Shown here in pieces: positions 57,301 through 64,000 of a stretch of DNA of 64,000 bases. A program made the translations under genes and the position numbers. The stretch spans positions 310,001-374,000 of the forward strand of contig JBODTK010000110.1 of the NCBI GenBank assembly GCA_050613775.1. Direction: 5' to 3'. Origin of the DNA: Neocallimastix sp. 'constans'. Its lineage: Eukaryota. Each line of letters starts with the position of its first letter. Position 1 is the stretch's first letter. Below the pieces are notes generated by a model. That model was given only the letters and a program-made list of their open reading frames with translations. It was not told where the DNA came from and searched no databases.

Positions 57301-57857
57301 TTATTGTTCTTATTTACAAAGGAACATTATGGCAATTAATCACATGGGTATTAACCTTATTCATTATGGGTTTCCTTAGAACTATATTTGCATTAATTTA
57401 TACCAGAAAACTTAAATTTATGTTTAATATCTTTTATGGTGTCGTTTATTTAATTGGTTTTATACCAGCAAAAATTCAAGCTTTACTTTTCCTTTGGGAT
57501 AATGGTTGGGGTACATCCTCTAGATTGAAGAAAATTTCTAAATGGAATCAAAAAATGATACCTATTCTTTGGATTATTGTATTAATTGCTGGTATTGTAA
57601 TTAATATCAGAAGATTTATTATAACAGATTCAGAAAAATTCGAAGTTTACCATATCGTAGGAATAATTATATTAGTATGCATTATATTAGTTGGTTTTAT
57701 CTGTTATAACTTTTATCAAGATCATGAAAAGAAAAAGAGAGTAGCTCGTGAACAGGAAAGAAGAAAAATTAATAGAGATCAAAACTTTAGTAAATACCAT
57801 AGTTATATTGAAACTGATATGGGAATGCCGCTTAATCCAATACCAAATCAATACTAA
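54373..57857 (+). CDS. Class I hyaluronan synthase-like membrane GT2 glycosyltransferase (4 exons, 706 aa)
   Basis: Exons 54373-54856, 55633-56091, 56406-56796 and 57071-57857 total 2121 nt in frame. Motifs: GYKEDP, VVDGN, CIMQPHFGKR, DSDT, RYWFAFNMERSAQS, CVSGPLGIYR, TYGDDRHLTN, TETP, QQTRWSKS..RE, LWMTYE, GWGTS, plus N- and C-terminal TM helices. Confidence 0.9.
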
Positions 57858-59559
57858 TAATGAAAAAAAAATTAGTTTAAAAAATATAAACTTTTTATAT
57901 ACAAAAACAAAAAAAAAACAAAAAAAAATATATTAAAAATATATTTATATATATTTCAAAGATATTATATTAAAATAATGTTAAAATTATATTTTAAATT
58001 AAATTTTTTTACTATTTTTTTAAAAAAAAATATATCAATCAATTAAAATAATAAAAGAAAAAAAATTTTTTTTTTCTTTTATTTAATATTATATACAGAA
58101 TATAATGAATCTTTTAAATTTTTATAATATAATATTTTTTATTATTAATAATATCCTTAATTTATTTATCATTATTATAACTATTATTATTATTATTTTG
58201 TTTTAAATCAATTTACTTATCAAAATTAATATTAATTTAAAATTTAAAAGATTTTACTATTCTTTATTTATCTAGTTAATCAAATTAAATATATATAATA
58301 AAATTATTTATTTATAAAAAATTTTTAATTTAAAACATTTATACTATTTTTATTATTAAAAAGTAATCTTAATTATTGTATTTTATTTCATTCTTTCTTT
58401 TTTATTTTTTCTATTTTTAAAAAAAATATATATATATATTAAAGTATTAAATATAAAATATTTATATATATCGTAAAAAATTTACCTTTAATTAAGAAGG
58501 CCTTATTTTTTTTTTTTTTTTTTATTTTCTTTCATTATTCATATAATTGTTTTCATTAAATTTTAAAATTTTAAAAAAAAATAAGTATTATTATATTTTC
58601 TTTTCTTTTTTCTTTTTTCTTTTTTCTTTTTTAATTTTTTTATTTGTAATAGTATTTTTCTTTTTTTAATATTCATTATAATTTTATTTGAAAAAAATAA
58701 AATAACTTTAATACTAAATCTTCATATATTTATAATATTATATATAATCTAATATATAATAAAATAATATTAATATTAATTATAATACATATAAGTATAA
58801 TAATAATCTGTTCATGTTGTGGAAAAGGTGAATAGTCTCTCATCCATTGAATATTCAAATGACCTTCCTTTTCATTATATAAATGAAAATCACTAGATTT
58901 CATCAATGATCTTATTATAATATTTAGTGATAAAATAAAGACTCTCTTTATTACCTACATATTCTAATATTTTAGAGTATGAAAAATTTATCAAAAAAAA
59001 TATTTACATATTCCTTCTTAGTAGAATTTCAGCTATAGATGAGCTACAATTCGTGATACTGGGGAACGGAGACATTTAAGTGAACAAATCTTAAATCGTT
59101 CACAGGTGTCTACTATTTCGTATATTGTGAGGCTAGTGCGTTATCTTGCTAAATCAATACCTATTATTAGTAGCTCTCTTGAATTATTTTTTGATCGATT
59201 TAGTAAGAAATCCTTCAATACCAATAATACTAAAGACTTACCAATATGGCTTAGAAACAATACCATCAGAAGTCCTATTATATATATTTCAGACACATAC
59301 ACTAACAGTCTAGTTCCGTTCACAGAATCTATTGAGAATAATTCTCTTAATGAGAATCTTTTTTTTTCTGTATTTTTAAGGGAGAGTTTAGTGGTATCCC
59401 ACTATCTATTTTAAAGATGATATGAATTTTTATTATTTTTTATTTTACTTAATCTTTTACATACTCTTCATTTTTATCTTTAAATTAAAAATATTTTTTG
59501 TTTTAAAAAATGTAAGTCATAAAAACATAATTATCTATTTAATAAAATACTGGAAGTAG

Positions 59560-59601
<42 letters not shown>

Positions 59602-61078
59602 TAATAATATTTGATCAAAATAAATAATAATAAAAATTACAATTTATATAAATATATTTAATTTATTAACATGCAACAATTTAATTGAATGGATGTTAAT
59701 ATTGAAATAGATACTTTTTAATATTTAATTATTTTGTATTAAATAATTTAATATTAAATAATTAATAAATTAATTATAAAATTAAAATTTTATGGAAAAA
59801 TACTATACTTAACAAGGTAGTAGTAAAAATCATCTATTAAAAGATATCATTGATTATATAATCATAAAAGATATATTAGTATTGTTCATTGATAATTTAA
59901 CTTTTAATAAAACAATAAACTTTTTAAATTTAATCTTAATAATAAATAAAAAATATTAATTAGCAATTTTCAAAAATAAAACTTTTTTTTTTTTTATTTT
60001 TTTTTTATTAATATTAATAATTTAGAAACAATTCAAAATGAAAAATGATTTAAATATTATAAATACTATTAATGACCAGAAATATAAGAATATTTCTGGG
60101 TTTTTTTAATTAACATAGAAAAAAATAAAATAAACATAAAATAAATAATTAATTAATTAATTATATTAATATCAAATTATAATAAATAAATGATGTATTA
60201 GTTTAAAAAGACAACTGAAAATTGTTAAGAGTTAAAAAAATTATTATAAACGGTAATAATAAAGATATCGATGATTTCAATTTTTATAATGGATTAATAA
60301 TATAAAAATTACGAAAATCAAACAATAATCAGTTATATTAATTACTAAGAAATAAATATATAATATGAAAAATTTTGAAAGTTTAATTAAAAATATGAAA
60401 AGATAATAAAATATAAAATAAAAATAATATTGATAATAAACTAATCAAAAATATATATATTTTTGGGTTATGTCAAAATTAAATATTATTGTTTTAAAGA
60501 ACTTTTTCGTTTATATACCTCTAAAGATTTTTTCATTAATAATACGTTCAAATGAAGCATTTTTTCGTTTAATTAAGGTTTCGTGAGAAAAATTAATTTA
60601 TTGAAAAAAAAAACGTCCAAAAAAAAAAAAAAAAAAAGATATTAAAAAATAAAAATTATATGTTAATTAACTTATAGTTAGAATATTTTATTTATCAAAG
60701 AGAAATATTCATTCATACTGAAACAACTATAAATTTTAAATAACACATAAAAAATGAATAAAAAAGAAGAAGATAAAAATCCAATAATATATATAATATT
60801 TACTTAATAACAAATCCAAAAAATGTTAGTTACCAAAATATAATAAAGTATGTAAATGATAATTTGAATAAATTATTATTAATGAATAATAATATGAAGA
60901 TTTATTATAAATTATTAATTAAATTAAAACTAATTTTAAATAAAAAGTTTAATAATAATATAAAAATTTTGACCAATAAAAATAATCAAGAATTATAGAA
61001 TTTATAATAATGAAAAACTAAAATATTATTTTACTATTTTTAATAAATTCTTAAAAATCTAGAATAAACTATATAAAA

Positions 61079-61444
61079 ATGATAGAAATAATAGTAAATG
61101 ATCGTCTTGGTAAAAAAGGTAATATATATTACTTTATATGTAATTTTTTTTTTATTTGATTTAATATTTTGATATAATTTTAGTTATAATTATTAATTTT
61201 ATATATTAAATTGTTTTTATTATTTATTTTTTTTAAACATATATAATGAATTATATCAACAGTCCGTGTAAAATGTATGCCAGAAGATACTATTGGTGAT
61301 TTAAAGAAATTAATTGCAGCACAAACTGGTACTAAACCAGAAAAGATTATTTTAAAGAAATGGTATAGTACATACAAGGACCATATTACTTTAGATGATT
61401 ATGAAATTCATGATGGAATGAATCTTGAAATGTATTACTGTTAA
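61079..61444 (+). CDS. HUB1: Ubiquitin-like modifier Hub1/UBL5 (73 aa)
   Basis: Exons 61079-61118 and 61263-61444: [73 protein letters not shown], with the conserved C-terminal YY-x. Not in the ORF track. Confidence 0.97.
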
Positions 61445-61559
61445 ATAATTATACTATATGAATTAAATTTAGTAATATATAACATAAAAATTATGCATAA
61501 AAAATAATTAAAAGTATATATTAAGAATAATAATAATAAATTTATTATTTTAATTTAAA

Positions 61560-61601
<42 letters not shown>

Positions 61602-62135
61602 AAAAAATAAAAAATAAATAAAACATAAAAAATATTTATATAAACAAAAATAAAATAAAATTTCAATTAAATATAAATTTATTTAACATTTATTTAATTA
61701 TTTTACATTATTATTATGTTTTTTTTCTTATATATATATATATATATATGTGCTATTATTATTTTTGTTGATATAATTTTACTTAAAACATTTTGCTTTA
61801 AATTTTATTTTATTTTTACTTTTAAACTGTTAGTTTTTTTTTTTTTTTCTTTTTGTTTTTTGTTTTATTTAATTTGCTTTGTTTTTTGTTTTATTTAATT
61901 TGCTTTGTTTTTTGTTTTATTTTATTTGTTTTGTTTTTTGTTTTGTTTATTTGATATTATTATTTTTAAATATTAAATGTAAATTAATAAATTACGTTAT
62001 AAATATATATATTTTTTATAGTAATAACAATTTGTATTAAATAAATAATAAACAAATTAAATTAATAATATAAAAATCTATAATGTTTAATTGGTTAACA
62101 TTAATATAATTAATTCGATATATTTTGGGCTTCAC

Positions 62136-63068
62136 TTAGAACATTGAACTTTGTAAAGTCATTTGTCTAACGATATCAGTGTCCTTAATCATATCCAAAA
62201 ATTCATTATAACTCAATTTTCCATCTCCATCTTTATCAGCTTCCATAATAGTTTTGTCCACAATTTGTTGAAGTTGATCATCTCTTAAATTACTACCAAC
62301 CATCATTTGTAAAACAATAAATAATTCACCATTTGAAATATATCCATCACGATCCATATCGTAAACTCTAAAGGCAACTTTAAATTGAAAATAATAATAA
62401 TAATAATTATAATAATAAAATAATAATAATAAAAAAAAAGTATATACAAATAAATAATATAATATATGAAATATAAAACATATATTTTATAAATATTTTA
62501 ACTTTTAATTACTTCATAATAATAATATAAGTATTATTATAAATAATTTTAATTTACACTTTAATTTTTCTTCTTCATTTCCCTTTTCACTAAAAGCTGA
62601 TAAACCCTTAATAAATTCTACAAAATCTACATCACCACCACCATCTTCATCAAGTATATCAATTAAACGATGTGCTAATGGATTGGATGACAATTGTGGT
62701 AGCATAAGAAATTCATTCTTATCAATAGAACCGTTTCCATCCTTATCAAGTTTACTAAAACGCTTATATATACGATGAATTTCTTCTGCAGTAACTATTT
62801 TTTTTTATTTTATATTAACACAATAATATTTTATTTATTTTATTAATTGAATTTATAAAAAAAAATAAAATTTTTAGTTTAAATTTAGATTTGTCTTTTT
62901 TAATAAAATTTTTAAAAATTCTATTCAATTATTTGATTATTTCCTGTATTTACAAATTACTTATTCATTAAAAAAGATATTATTAAATAAAATATTAAAT
63001 TATTAAGATTAATAATTACAATTAGTATTTTTTTCTAAATCTTCTAAAAGTGATTGATTTTGACCCAT
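62136..63068 (-). CDS. CNB1: Calcineurin regulatory subunit B (175 aa)
   Basis: Exons 63068-63020, 62794-62558 and 62377-62136. MGQNQS myristoylation-type start; four EF hands ([42 protein letters not shown]); SNPLAHRLI and [10 protein letters not shown]. Confidence 0.97.
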
Positions 63069-64000
63069 ATTAAATCAGTTTTATTTTTGTTTAAAATTTT
63101 GTTTTAATTATTTTTTTATATTTTTATGACTTATTATTATTATTATTTTTTTTTTATTTTTTTTCTAAAAAATTTAAATTAAAAAAAATATATATATATA
63201 TTTTAATATATATTATTGCTTTTATATATAAATGAATGTAAATTTTCCAATTTAAATTTTATCCAAATTATTATTTTTCAAATTACGTTTTGCTGTATAT
63301 ACATTTATAATTTTCTTTCTTTTATTATATATTTATAAAATTTTTATTTATCAATTCATTTAATTTTTTTATTAATTTATTTATTTAGTATATACTAAAT
63401 CCTAAAAATTTAATATAATTTATTTTTAATGGGAATAATGGAAAAAATCCATTCTTTAAGCCATATAGGTATTTTAAAAAATTTTTGTTAATATATATAC
63501 TAAATAAAATTTAAAAAATACTAGTCATAAAAAAAAAAATAAAAAAAATAAAAAAAATTAATATTATCAATAAAGCGAAATTTAGATATTTCACATTTGG
63601 CTTCCAAAGATTCTTCAGATTATAGACATATATTATAGTCTTTTTGATAAAATTGTGGTGAAAAATAGAGAGCTTTAGAAAAATATATAAGAGAACAGTG
63701 TATAATAACCACAAGCAAAGCTAAGTTGATATGATATACTAAAATCTTTTATGTAAATGTCATTTTTGCCAAATGTGATAGGGAGACAACTACTGGGGAA
63801 CTTTCTTTTTTTTTTTTTTTTTATAAACACTTAAAATTTAAATAATATTGAAATTTAAAAATTTCTGTATTTTATTTTATAATAGGAAAAAGTAAAATTA
63901 TATCGAAATAAGAAAAGTTCAAAATATAATAGAGTCTTTTTTAACTTCAAATTATATTTATATTATTATTTAATAAAAAGAAAGCCAATTTAATAGATTT

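Noticed and set aside
54373..57857. Calling the GT2 gene a chitin synthase
   Set aside because: It lacks QxFEY, LAEDR and QRRRW, and has GDDRHLTN and QQTRW as in hyaluronan synthases.
60076..60107. Hairpin CCAGAAATAT-aaga-ATATTTCTGG plus T run, resembling a rho-independent terminator
   Set aside because: The context is eukaryotic and there is no associated gene end or Helitron CTRR terminus.

Overview
Extremely AT-rich, intron-containing eukaryotic DNA with abundant poly-A/T and (TAA)n tracts. The gene content is fungal, and the composition suggests an anaerobic gut fungus (Neocallimastigomycota; inference only). Host genes: the 5' end of a secreted CE4/NodB polysaccharide (chitin) deacetylase, an Ima1/TMEM201-type nuclear-envelope protein, a small Phactr/Bni4-like PP1-binding protein, two convergent CBM21 glycogen-targeting PP1 subunits, a four-exon hyaluronan-synthase-like GT2 gene, HUB1/UBL5 and calcineurin B. 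The centre of the window (18971-32925) is a young nested LTR pair. A Ty1/copia element, with a primer site matching the anticodon arm of tRNA-Lys(CUU) and one frameshift, sits in a (TTA)n tract. An intact Ty3/gypsy chromovirus is inserted in its 3' LTR. The chromovirus has a Tf1-type self-priming signature, non-canonical TG...TA ends and a hierarchical 81-bp tandem array plus a 100-nt poly-A in its leader. All calls are by eye from motifs; no searches were run.
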